A program made the position numbers and the translations under genes. Below are positions 25,460 through 33,523 of a DNA stretch of 45,073 bases, one piece after another (the first letter of the stretch is position 1; every line of letters starts with the position of its first letter). The stretch comes from an uncultured Bacteroidales bacterium. Lineage in GTDB: Bacteria > Bacteroidota > Bacteroidia > Bacteroidales > Bacteroidaceae. The stretch lies in assembly GCA_902791675.1 (NCBI GenBank), contig CADAWW010000005.1, forward strand, positions 1-45,073. The letters are read 5' to 3'. A model generated the notes under the pieces. It ran no database searches. It was not told the origin of the DNA and saw only the letters and a program-made list of their open reading frames with translations.

Positions 25460-26683
25460 ATGAAAAAACTCATCTTTCTATTGTTCTTGCTCTTTCCGTT
25501 GTTTGTGAGCGCCAAGCCGCGTCCATTGGTATGGATTTTGGATGCAGGGCATGGAGGTTACGATCAGGGTACATCGATGAGAGAAACACTGGAGAAGGAT
25601 CTGACTTTGTCCATTGTTAAGGAAATTTCCACACTTCTGAAGAAGAACAAGCCTGGCATAAAGTTAATCCTAACCAGATCCGATGACCGTTATCTGTCGT
25701 TGGAAGAACGTTGCAACATAGCCAATAATGCTAACGCCGATTTGTTTCTGAGCGTGCATATTAACTCGGCGCCCAATCCGTTGGTTTCTGGAACGGAAAG
25801 TTTCTATGCAGACCTTAGAAGGTCTAACAACGCAGTCAGGAACAGTTCTATTGTCCGTACTATCGACAGAAGCGAATTATTGGCTTGGCTGCTTCAGAAG
25901 AACTATGGCGAGACAGGACGGCCAAACGGTCGCGGAGCTCGCCCCAAGCAGTTGTATGTCTGCCAAAATACCAATATGCCAGCCGTCCTGACCGAGGTTG
26001 GTTTTCTCTCCAATATTCAGGATGCCGCCTATCTGACTAGTAAGTCCGGAATCCGACAGATAGCAATTGACATCTACAATGCCCTGATTGAGTATTATAC
26101 CATTACACAGGATAAGACAGAGAAGAAATCTCTTTTGGCTTTGCGTAGGTCGAATGGCAAGAATAGTGGCGTCAAGGCCAGTAAGATTAAAAAGGAGAAA
26201 CTTGCCGAAGTGGAGCAGCCCCTTATGGCTACTGTGTCACCCACGCAAACATTTGTTCCTGTTCTTGACGATCCGACACCGGAAGAGGTGGAACGTATGG
26301 TAGCAGAGGAATTAGCTGCGAAAGTTGCTGCCGAGAAGGCTGAAATTGAAGTCCCCGTTATACCCGAAAAAGAGGAAGTACCAGAGGTGGTGGAACCGGA
26401 GACTTCCCCTGTGCCCACTCCTGCAGTTCCAGTCTTCAGTATTCAGTTATTTGCTGTAAGCAAAGAAATAAAGGTCGATGACGTAAGGTTAAAGGGGTAT
26501 GAACCTGTGAATTTTAAGCGTTCTGGTAATCTGGTTAAGGTGTTGTATGGAAGCGAGACGGACTATAAACTGGTGAAGACCACATTGGTCACCGTTCGTC
26601 AGGATTTCCCAGATGCTTTTGTGGTGGCGTATCTGAACGATGAACCTATTTCGGTTGCTGATGCGCTAAAACTTGTTCCGTAA
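25460..26683 (+). CDS. N-acetylmuramoyl-L-alanine amidase (Amidase_3) with a C-terminal SPOR domain
   Basis: A signal peptide, then ILDAGHGGYDQGT...DLFLSVHINS...TEVGFLSN (Amidase_3 zinc-ligand pattern). A Pro/Glu-rich linker leads to a SPOR-like end (FSIQLFAVSKE...LVKVLYGSETDYKLVKTTL...FPDAFVVAY). Confidence 0.82.
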   Translation: MKKLIFLLFLLFPLFVSAKPRPLVWILDAGHGGYDQGTSMRETLEKDLTLSIVKEISTLLKKNKPGIKLILTRSDDRYLSLEERCNIANNANADLFLSVHINSAPNPLVSGTESFYADLRRSNNAVRNSSIVRTIDRSELLAWLLQKNYGETGRPNGRGARPKQLYVCQNTNMPAVLTEVGFLSNIQDAAYLTSKSGIRQIAIDIYNALIEYYTITQDKTEKKSLLALRRSNGKNSGVKASKIKKEKLAEVEQPLMATVSPTQTFVPVLDDPTPEEVERMVAEELAAKVAAEKAEIEVPVIPEKEEVPEVVEPETSPVPTPAVPVFSIQLFAVSKEIKVDDVRLKGYEPVNFKRSGNLVKVLYGSETDYKLVKTTLVTVRQDFPDAFVVAYLNDEPISVADALKLVP

Positions 26684-27797
26684 GCACGCGTTCCACATCT
26701 TCCTTCTTATCTGTAAGGCACAGGATAAGGTTCTTGTAAACTCCTCTTTCCGTAAGGTCCATCATCAAAGGCCATATAGGAACTTCTCTTGTCCAAAAGT
26801 CGGTTCCAAGAAAAATCATAGGACTGGCATAACCGAAGGTCAGATAATGATTCTGTACAGCCTCTTGGAATATCTCCTGTAACGTTCCGGCGCTGCCAGG
26901 TGTATAGATGATGCCGCCTGTAGCAATGGTTAGAATGCCGTCTTCGCGTATACTGTTGTTGAAGTATTTGGCAATATGTGTGGCTAAAGGCGTAGAAGGC
27001 TCGTGTCCGTAGAGCCATGTGGGAACACCCAAGCTTTGATAGTCTTTTTGCGGGAATCGGTCATGAACCCTCCATGCTGTTTCCAGCCATCCTTCATCGG
27101 TAAACTTGGGGGCTGTTGACAAAATGTGCAGAGCATCTTGCAACTCCAATTCATTCCGTCCTGCCATCCATGCCCCTAAATGTGTAGCTTCCATAGCGCC
27201 AGGCCCTCCTCCCGTTATCATAAGGAACCCCTTTTCCGTAAGAAGTTTGCTAAGATATGCAACCTGTTTATAGGCTAAGTCCTTGCGCGAAAGGCTGTGT
27301 CCGCCCATAATACCGATAAGGCGGTGCTCGTTGAAGTTTGAGAGGAAATCGTGTAGGCAATCTGAGATACTGTGATCATGCAAGGAACGCGCTAGAGTCT
27401 CTTTGACATCCGAGCTATATTTTCCTTTTTTTAGGAAATGTCGGTACACGCGTCCGTCGAAGCACGTCTCGTAGGAGTTTTTTACTGCCGGGGAATATCC
27501 TTCGTAAAGTTCTTCCGGTGAATACAGGTGGTTGCGATAACGGAAAGTCTCGCCCATATCGGGCAGGAACAGACAGTCTTTGCTTTTCTTCTTTAACCCC
27601 ATGGGCAGCTGGCAACCTATAAAGATACAGTCCTTATAGGTGTGAGAGAGCGCCAAATCAGTTTCTGCAGTCAGGTTGACGCTTTGGAAAGCGTAACGCC
27701 TTATTTCTTCACACTCCTGGTGCAAAGTCTGGGCAACTTGCCAATCATCCTTTATTTGCTTGTATGAATCTCTCATATATCTATGTGTTTGCGTCAT
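26646..27797 (-). CDS. LOG/TIGR00730-like Rossmann protein (nucleotide 5'-monophosphate nucleosidase-like) with a ~190-aa N-terminal extension
   Basis: GIMGGHSL...ITGGGPGAMEATHLGA...YTPGSAGTLQEIFQ resemble the LOG motifs GGGxGxM and PGGxGTxxE. I trimmed the start to the ATG at 27797 (MTQTHRYMRD), because the track extension crosses the -7 box. It overlaps the amidase 3' end by 38 nt. Confidence 0.55.
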   Translation of the reverse strand: MTQTHRYMRDSYKQIKDDWQVAQTLHQECEEIRRYAFQSVNLTAETDLALSHTYKDCIFIGCQLPMGLKKKSKDCLFLPDMGETFRYRNHLYSPEELYEGYSPAVKNSYETCFDGRVYRHFLKKGKYSSDVKETLARSLHDHSISDCLHDFLSNFNEHRLIGIMGGHSLSRKDLAYKQVAYLSKLLTEKGFLMITGGGPGAMEATHLGAWMAGRNELELQDALHILSTAPKFTDEGWLETAWRVHDRFPQKDYQSLGVPTWLYGHEPSTPLATHIAKYFNNSIREDGILTIATGGIIYTPGSAGTLQEIFQEAVQNHYLTFGYASPMIFLGTDFWTREVPIWPLMMDLTERGVYKNLILCLTDKKEDVERVLTEQVLAHQQPK

Positions 27798-27826
27798 TTC
27801 CAACCTTATTATTTTAATAATCTTGA

Positions 27827-27834
27827 CAAAAGTA
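27827..27834 (-). promoter_or_regulatory. -7 box (TACTTTTG on the minus strand) for the LOG-like gene
   Basis: TAnnTTTG match 29 nt upstream of the ATG at 27797. Confidence 0.55.
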
Positions 27835-27935
27835 CATTTTTTTGATGCTAACTTGCCAAGTTTTAACCGAAAAAAATGTAATTTTACACGGTTTAAAACC
27901 TGTAATTGACAAAATAAACATAACAAATTGCTGAT

Positions 27936-28799
27936 ATGAAGAAAATACTATTATTGGCCTTAGCCATACTTCTCCCTCTTCTTGCCAATGCACAGACATC
28001 AGGTAAGGAAGTGTTAAAGATTCGGTGGGGGACGTTTAATATCCGTTGCATCAATGGCGATGATTACAAGATTGGCTGTGGATGGGACCAACGTAAGGAA
28101 CGTGTTGCGCAGTATCTGACGGATAATGCAATAGATATTTGCGGGATGCAGGAGGTTACCAATGCCCAGATGGAATATCTTTGCAAGAATCTGAAAGGCT
28201 ACGGACATGTTGGCGTAGGTCGGACCGACGGAAAGAAAAAGGGTGAGGCAACACCAGTTTTCTACCGTAAGGAAAGATTCAAGGCATTGGATCAGGGAAA
28301 TTTCTGGCTCTCAGAGACTCCTGATGTAATAGGTTCCAAGGGATGGGATGCCGCTTTGGAGCGTGTCGCCAGTTGGGTTAAGCTGAAGGATAAGAAGACG
28401 GGGAAGGTTTTTATGGCTGTGAATACACATTTCGACCATGTGGGTAAAGTGGCCCGTCGCGAGAGTGCCAAACTTATCATGAAGAAGATTCAGGAGATTG
28501 TGGGAGACAAGCCTGCTGTGGTTACTGGTGACTTTAATGTTACCGAGCGCGATGAGGCTTATACTACTATGGTAACGAATGAGTTCAAGATGAATGACGC
28601 CTACCACATGACGGACAACCACACAGGTACTACTGGCACGTGGCATTCTTTCTGCCAGATTCCTCCCGACAAAATGGAGAAGATTGACTTCATCTTTGTC
28701 ACTCCTAATATTAAGGTTACGCATACCCATATCGAGAAGGAGGATAAGGATCGTCAGCTTTCCGACCACAATCCCCATTATGCTGATCTTGAATTCTGA
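27936..28799 (+). CDS. Secreted endonuclease/exonuclease/phosphatase (EEP) family protein
   Basis: Signal peptide MKKILLLALAILLPLLANAQ. EEP hallmarks are present: WGTFNIR near the N-terminus, GMQEV, NTHFDH, TGDFN, and a C-terminal SDHNP. Confidence 0.75.
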   Translation: MKKILLLALAILLPLLANAQTSGKEVLKIRWGTFNIRCINGDDYKIGCGWDQRKERVAQYLTDNAIDICGMQEVTNAQMEYLCKNLKGYGHVGVGRTDGKKKGEATPVFYRKERFKALDQGNFWLSETPDVIGSKGWDAALERVASWVKLKDKKTGKVFMAVNTHFDHVGKVARRESAKLIMKKIQEIVGDKPAVVTGDFNVTERDEAYTTMVTNEFKMNDAYHMTDNHTGTTGTWHSFCQIPPDKMEKIDFIFVTPNIKVTHTHIEKEDKDRQLSDHNPHYADLEF

Positions 28800-28813
28800 T
28801 TCGCAGATAACAT

Positions 28814-28844
28814 AAAAAGAGGCACTTCGAGGTGCCTCTTTTTT
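28814..28844. terminator. Bidirectional rho-independent terminator
   Basis: The stem gaggcac/gtgcctc is extended by A/T pairs, with loop ttcgag. A 5-nt A-run precedes it and a 6-nt T-run follows. It lies between the convergent genes ending at 28799 and 28864. Confidence 0.8.
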
Positions 28845-28863
28845 CTCATTAAACGTGTAGTTG

Positions 28864-29220
28864 TTACTTCTTGCCGAAGAGAGAGCCAAGGATGCTCTTG
28901 GCAGCAGAGCCGATAATAGAGCCTGCGCCGCCTCCTACGCCCAGGGTGGCAAGAATGTCGCCCAGCGAGCCAAGGATGTTCTTGCTGAATATGTCCGTGG
29001 CCAGATTGGTGATGGGACTTGATGCGGCCGATGTTTTGCCCGTCAGCAGATTCTTCAGCTGCTCAATGCCGCCAGCTTTGGTAGCTGTTTGGGTCAGGCT
29101 GCCCAGAATGGATTCCGTAAGGCCGTTCAGTACTTGGTTCTTTGCTGCAGAGGGAACGTCAACGTTTCCCATTGCCGATGTCACTTGCTTGGTGATGAAA
29201 TCTTGAATGTTGAATGCCAT
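28864..29220 (-). CDS. Small Gly/Ser/Leu-rich hypothetical protein with three ILGSL repeats
   Basis: 118 aa with no signal peptide. Repeats are ESILGSL, KNILGSL and KSILGSLFGKK, with a Gly-rich tract LGVGGGAGSIIG. It has its own -7 box and terminator. The opposite-strand ORF 28871..29206 is a shadow ORF. Confidence 0.6.
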   Translation of the reverse strand: MAFNIQDFITKQVTSAMGNVDVPSAAKNQVLNGLTESILGSLTQTATKAGGIEQLKNLLTGKTSAASSPITNLATDIFSKNILGSLGDILATLGVGGGAGSIIGSAAKSILGSLFGKK

Positions 29221-29262
29221 TGCTACTAAATTTAAAAGGTTTATTTTATCTCATTGCCTTTG

Positions 29263-29270
29263 CAAAGATA
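29263..29270 (-). promoter_or_regulatory. -7 box (TATCTTTG on the minus strand) for the 118-aa gene
   Basis: TAnnTTTG match 42 nt upstream of the ATG at 29220, inside the palindrome ctttgcaaag. Confidence 0.5.
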
Positions 29271-29615
29271 TAAGGTTTTGCGATATTCTCCAATAGCGTT
29301 AAACTATTTTTTTTCTAATCTGTTTCAAAATTAGCCACCTCTGTCCCCTCTTAGCCCCCCCTTCTGTGAAGGAGACTTATTAAAGGTGGTGTTCTCCCCT
29401 TCTTCCCGTGGTTACAAAACAGGCAGATATTAATCTCCGGTTGACAATTGCCGTTATTCTTTTTTGCCTTCGTACTCTGTTTCTTCTTTATATTAAGGTA
29501 TAGGAAAACCAGTAAAGATGCATCTTTGGTTTAGAGCTTATACTTTTTTTATTGAACATTTTGTTATTCGGGTGAATATTCGTAACTTCGCAGCCGAAAA
29601 CAAAACAATAATGAT

Positions 29616-30404
29616 ATGAAGGAGGAAAGAAAGACTAATTTCTCTGTGGAGTCTGTGCAGGATTTGAACTCTTCAAACATTTGGTCTATGACCGCACAAC
29701 AGATTGGCTCGATGTGGGAAAAGGAACGTGAAGAAGAGGATTTCTCCATTGTGGAGGAGAAACTTCTTAATATTATCCGGTTGGCCTTTGATGTTGTTCA
29801 TTTTAATGAAGGTGATGAGCGTGAGGCTTGTAAGTATAGTAATCTCAACTGGGTTAAATTCCATCACTGCAAACCTGGTAAGGGATGTGTGGCTATTCGT
29901 AGAAAGACCATTACCCGTATTACAGATCTCAGCTATGAGAATGTTAAGCATATTTCAGCTCCCGTACTGCTTGATTTAATTGACAAAAATTTTGGTGGCG
30001 GATGGGATTCTATTTCATTAGCATTGAAGGATATCATTGAAAGCGGTTTCGATATAAGTACTACTCAGTTGCCTGCGAGTAGAATTCATGCTCCAGGCGG
30101 TACTCTTGAGAAGAAGGTAGCTCAAGGGTATGATGTGTTGGAAATTACCAAGGGTACCTGGGTCGAAGCCATCTTTGCTAAGAAGAAAGATCCAGTTGAG
30201 AAGCTCAGGTTAGAGCCAATTCGTAAGGAGTATGATGAGGATGGTAATCCTATTTTTGACGAAGAAGATGATAATGAAGACAGTGAAGACGGCTTAGATG
30301 GTGATGACGCTGAGGAATCTGATGATACTTTCTACAGTAGCTATTCAGAGGAAGCTGAGGTTAAAGAAGAGGACGAAGAAGGCTTCCCCATAGAAGAAGA
30401 ATAA
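29616..30404 (+). CDS. Hypothetical protein with a ~55-aa polyacidic C-terminal tail
   Basis: 262 aa. A globular-looking N-terminal ~200 aa is followed by DEDGNPIFDEEDDNEDSEDGLDGDDAEESDDTFYSSYSEEAEVKEEDEEGFPIEEE. An imperfect -7 box (TAACTTCG) lies at 29583-29590. Confidence 0.6.
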   Translation: MKEERKTNFSVESVQDLNSSNIWSMTAQQIGSMWEKEREEEDFSIVEEKLLNIIRLAFDVVHFNEGDEREACKYSNLNWVKFHHCKPGKGCVAIRRKTITRITDLSYENVKHISAPVLLDLIDKNFGGGWDSISLALKDIIESGFDISTTQLPASRIHAPGGTLEKKVAQGYDVLEITKGTWVEAIFAKKKDPVEKLRLEPIRKEYDEDGNPIFDEEDDNEDSEDGLDGDDAEESDDTFYSSYSEEAEVKEEDEEGFPIEEE

Positions 30405-30427
30405 ACGAACATAATACATAAGAACGG

Positions 30428-30461
30428 GAAGGCAACAAGAGTATTCAACTTTGTTGCCTTC
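30428..30461. terminator. Hairpin between convergent genes, overlapping the last codons of the TrmH-family gene
   Basis: An 11-bp perfect stem (gaaggcaacaa / ttgttgccttc) with a 12-nt loop and weak flanking T tracts. Confidence 0.5.
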
Positions 30462-31203
30462 TTCTGAATTCGGCACAGACAATACTAGTGGCTATTGCAA
30501 CATTGAGACTTTCTGTGGTTTGAGTTCCTAGTGGATAGTTAGGGATGAAGAGTTTCTTTGTTACAAGGTTTCTGACGGCATGCGACAGGCCTTTTCCCTC
30601 GTTCCCCATTACGATGAACCCATGTTGGCCAAGTTCTTGCTCATAGATGTTGTTCCCGTCCAAAAGCGTTCCGTAAATGTTGGTCTTGCATGGGTCAAGT
30701 ATTTCAGGCAAATTGACGTAGTGTACTTTAACACGGGCAAGAGCTCCCATAGTAGCTTGCACTGCCTTGGGGTTGTAAATATCTACGGTTTCTTGTGAAC
30801 AGACAACGTTGTGTATGCCAAACCAATCTGCAATCCTCAGGATGGTACCCATATTGCCTGGGTCTTGAATTCCATCTAAAGCCAAACATAATTCTTGTTG
30901 GGCAATATCCGCGTCAAACTTATATTGCGGAATAGGGAAAAGGGCAATTACCTGTTGCGGCGTTCTAAGCAAACTGACTTTTTGGAGTTCTTCCAGAGTT
31001 ATTGTGTCAACAACACAGGACGACTTTACTTTGTTCTTGTTTTCTTTCCACCATCCCGGCAATGCGGCAATATAATAGGGCTGCATGGCGGCTAACAATT
31101 CACCTACCAGTTTTGGTCCCTCTGCGACAAAAAGATGCTGAAGGTTTCTCTGTTTTCGTTGTTCTAGCGACTTTATTAATTTGATTCTAGCTTTGGTTAT
31201 CAT
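30445..31203 (-). CDS. TrmH/SpoU family RNA 2'-O-methyltransferase
   Basis: 252 aa. An N-terminal substrate-binding region is followed by SpoU motifs (LDGIQDPGNMGTILRIADWFG; FIVMGNEGKGLS; SLNVAIATSIV). Confidence 0.78.
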   Translation of the reverse strand: MITKARIKLIKSLEQRKQRNLQHLFVAEGPKLVGELLAAMQPYYIAALPGWWKENKNKVKSSCVVDTITLEELQKVSLLRTPQQVIALFPIPQYKFDADIAQQELCLALDGIQDPGNMGTILRIADWFGIHNVVCSQETVDIYNPKAVQATMGALARVKVHYVNLPEILDPCKTNIYGTLLDGNNIYEQELGQHGFIVMGNEGKGLSHAVRNLVTKKLFIPNYPLGTQTTESLNVAIATSIVCAEFRRRQQS

Positions 31204-31225
31204 AAATAAGGAGTAATTTTCGACA

Positions 31226-31233
31226 CAAAGTTA
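31226..31233 (-). promoter_or_regulatory. -7 box (TAACTTTG on the minus strand) for the TrmH-family gene
   Basis: TAnnTTTG match 22 nt upstream of the ATG at 31203. Confidence 0.5.
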
Positions 31234-31255
31234 ATGATTTTTGCAAAAATATAAC

Positions 31256-31263
31256 TACCTTTG
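31256..31263 (+). promoter_or_regulatory. -7 box (TACCTTTG) 4 nt from the TamA-like ATG
   Basis: The sequence reads TACCTTTG-ttgt-ATG. The box lies inside the track's TTG-extended ORF, which argues for the 31268 start. Confidence 0.5.
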
Positions 31264-31267
31264 TTGT

Positions 31268-33523
31268 ATGAATTACTTTTGGAGGAAGATATTTGAATGC
31301 ATAAGTCTGCTTGTGTGTGTTTTTTTTACTGGGTGTAGCGTAAATCGTTTCATCCCGGAGGACGAATATATGCTAAATCACGTGTCTATCCGTTCTGACA
31401 AGAAAGAACTTAAGACTGCTCCTCTTATGGGATATGTAGGCCAACATCCCAACAATAAATGGTTTTCGCTGGTTAAGGTGCCTCTTCATATTTATTCGCT
31501 TTCTGGCCGTGACAGCACTAAGCGCATTAACCGTTTTATTAGAAGGTTGGGTGAGCCCCCTGTTATATATGATTCTGTGTTGTCTCGGAAGACGCAGTTT
31601 AATATTCAGAATGCTGTCCAAAATTTGGGTTATCTTAATGCAGATGTAGATTTACTTAAGGTAACTAAAGGTAATAGAATAAATGTTAGATATTATGTGC
31701 AACCCCACCAGAGGTATAAGGTTAGACATATTAGTATGGATGTTCAGGACACTGCTATTGCCCAACAGTTGAAGAAAGACGGCTATGTCTCTTTGTTACA
31801 AGAAAATATGCCTTTTGACCTTAATGTGCTGGATGCGGAAAGGAACCGTTTGAATACGTATCTTCAGAACAAAGGGTATTATAAATTCAATAAAGATTTT
31901 GTTAGGTTCGAGGCTGATACGACTTTGGGTAATTATCTGGTGGACTTAAAGATGCTTATACAGGCGTATTCAGTGGGAAGGTTAGATAAAGGGAAACCGC
32001 ACCAGCGATATACTATAGGTAATGTTTTATACAATATACCAGTATCCCATAATAAACCTTTTGTCCGTCCTAAGGTTGTAGCTTCGGCAAGTGAACTGGC
32101 AGAAGGGAATCTGTACCGAGAGCAGGATGTACAAGCTTCGTACTCCAGGCTGAATAGGTTAGGAACTGTTCAAAGCAGTCGAATCACCTTAACAGAGAAT
32201 GCTGCGGATAGTACTAAGTTAGATGTCCAAATCTCTGTAACGCCCAGCAAGAGAAATTCATTTAACATAGAATTGGAGGGAACTAACTCTGCCGGCGATT
32301 TGGGCGTTGCTGTTGCATTGTCTTATCAGAACAGGAATCTTTTCCGGGGGGCTGAACTTCTGAATCTAAAGGCGCGTGGTGCTTTTGAAGCTATTAAGGG
32401 ACTTCGTGGCTATAGTGACCAGAACTTTATAGAGTATAGCTTTGAGGCAGGGATTGGTTTCCCTGACTTTATCTTTCCTTTCCTTCGACAGTCATTTCGT
32501 AAAAGGGCTCTTGCCACCAGTGAGTTGAGTTTTATGTTTGATTCTCAGGACAGGCCTGAGTTTCACCGTCGTGTACTAACCACATCCTGGCGGTATAAAT
32601 GGACTAGAGCAGCCCGTAGAATGCAGCATAGAATAGACCTTTTAGACATAAATTATGTATTTATGCCTTGGATAAGTGATACTTTCAGGGAAATCTACCT
32701 GGATAATCCTGAGAGCAGAAATGCCATTCTTAGGTATAACTATGAGAATCTTTTTATCGTAAAATGGGGTTATAGCTTCTCTTATAGCTCGCAGTCGTTA
32801 AATCCCAATTCCAAGAACTATGGCACTAATGCATATATTATACGTGCCAGCATAGAAACCGCAGGCAACCTGCTGTACGGAATTTCTAATATGAGCAAGG
32901 CATCCAAGAACGAAGACGGACAGTATACCTTGTTTAGTAATGCTTATGCCCAATATGTGAAAGGTGATTTTGACTTCTCAAAGAGTTTTATGATTAATAA
33001 TGCCAATTCTCTTGCTATACACTTTGGCCTTGGTATTGCATATCCATATGGTAATTCAGCTATTCTGCCCTATGAGAAACGCTATTTCAGCGGTGGTGCT
33101 AATAGTGTGAGAGGTTGGAGCGTGCGCGAGTTAGGACCTGGTACATTTCTGGGGAATGACGGAAAGATAGATTTTATTAATCAAACAGGTGACGTTAAGC
33201 TTGACATGAACATAGAATACCGTACTCATTTGTTCTGGAAGTTTGATGGCGCGGTGTTTGTCGATGCCGGTAATATCTGGACATTACGCGATTATCCCGA
33301 CCAGCCTGGCGGTCAGTTCAAATTTGATACCTTTTGGCGCCAGATTGCTGTTGCTTACGGTTTGGGTATTCGCTTGAACTTCAACTATTTTATTTTGCGT
33401 TTTGATGGTGGCATGAAAGCTGTTCATCCAGCGTATGAGGATAACCGAAGACATTATCCTATTATCCATCCCAACTTCAAGCGCGACTTCACGTTCCACT
33501 TTGCTGTTGGCTTACCATTCTAA
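31268..33523 (+). CDS. BamA/TamA (Omp85) family outer-membrane protein
   Basis: A lipoprotein-like signal (FFTGCSV), POTRA-like repeats, and a C-terminal Omp85 barrel with RYFSGGANSVRGW and a terminal aromatic residue (...HFAVGLPF). Confidence 0.75.
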   Translation: MNYFWRKIFECISLLVCVFFTGCSVNRFIPEDEYMLNHVSIRSDKKELKTAPLMGYVGQHPNNKWFSLVKVPLHIYSLSGRDSTKRINRFIRRLGEPPVIYDSVLSRKTQFNIQNAVQNLGYLNADVDLLKVTKGNRINVRYYVQPHQRYKVRHISMDVQDTAIAQQLKKDGYVSLLQENMPFDLNVLDAERNRLNTYLQNKGYYKFNKDFVRFEADTTLGNYLVDLKMLIQAYSVGRLDKGKPHQRYTIGNVLYNIPVSHNKPFVRPKVVASASELAEGNLYREQDVQASYSRLNRLGTVQSSRITLTENAADSTKLDVQISVTPSKRNSFNIELEGTNSAGDLGVAVALSYQNRNLFRGAELLNLKARGAFEAIKGLRGYSDQNFIEYSFEAGIGFPDFIFPFLRQSFRKRALATSELSFMFDSQDRPEFHRRVLTTSWRYKWTRAARRMQHRIDLLDINYVFMPWISDTFREIYLDNPESRNAILRYNYENLFIVKWGYSFSYSSQSLNPNSKNYGTNAYIIRASIETAGNLLYGISNMSKASKNEDGQYTLFSNAYAQYVKGDFDFSKSFMINNANSLAIHFGLGIAYPYGNSAILPYEKRYFSGGANSVRGWSVRELGPGTFLGNDGKIDFINQTGDVKLDMNIEYRTHLFWKFDGAVFVDAGNIWTLRDYPDQPGGQFKFDTFWRQIAVAYGLGIRLNFNYFILRFDGGMKAVHPAYEDNRRHYPIIHPNFKRDFTFHFAVGLPF

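Noticed and set aside
26646-30404. The LOG-like gene, EEP nuclease-fold gene and two orphan genes as a candidate defence or toxin-antitoxin island.
   Set aside because: The genes are in four separate transcription units with alternating orientation, each with its own promoter or terminator. The EEP protein has a secretion signal. There are no ATPase, nuclease, immunity or mobility partners, so nothing supports a functional system.
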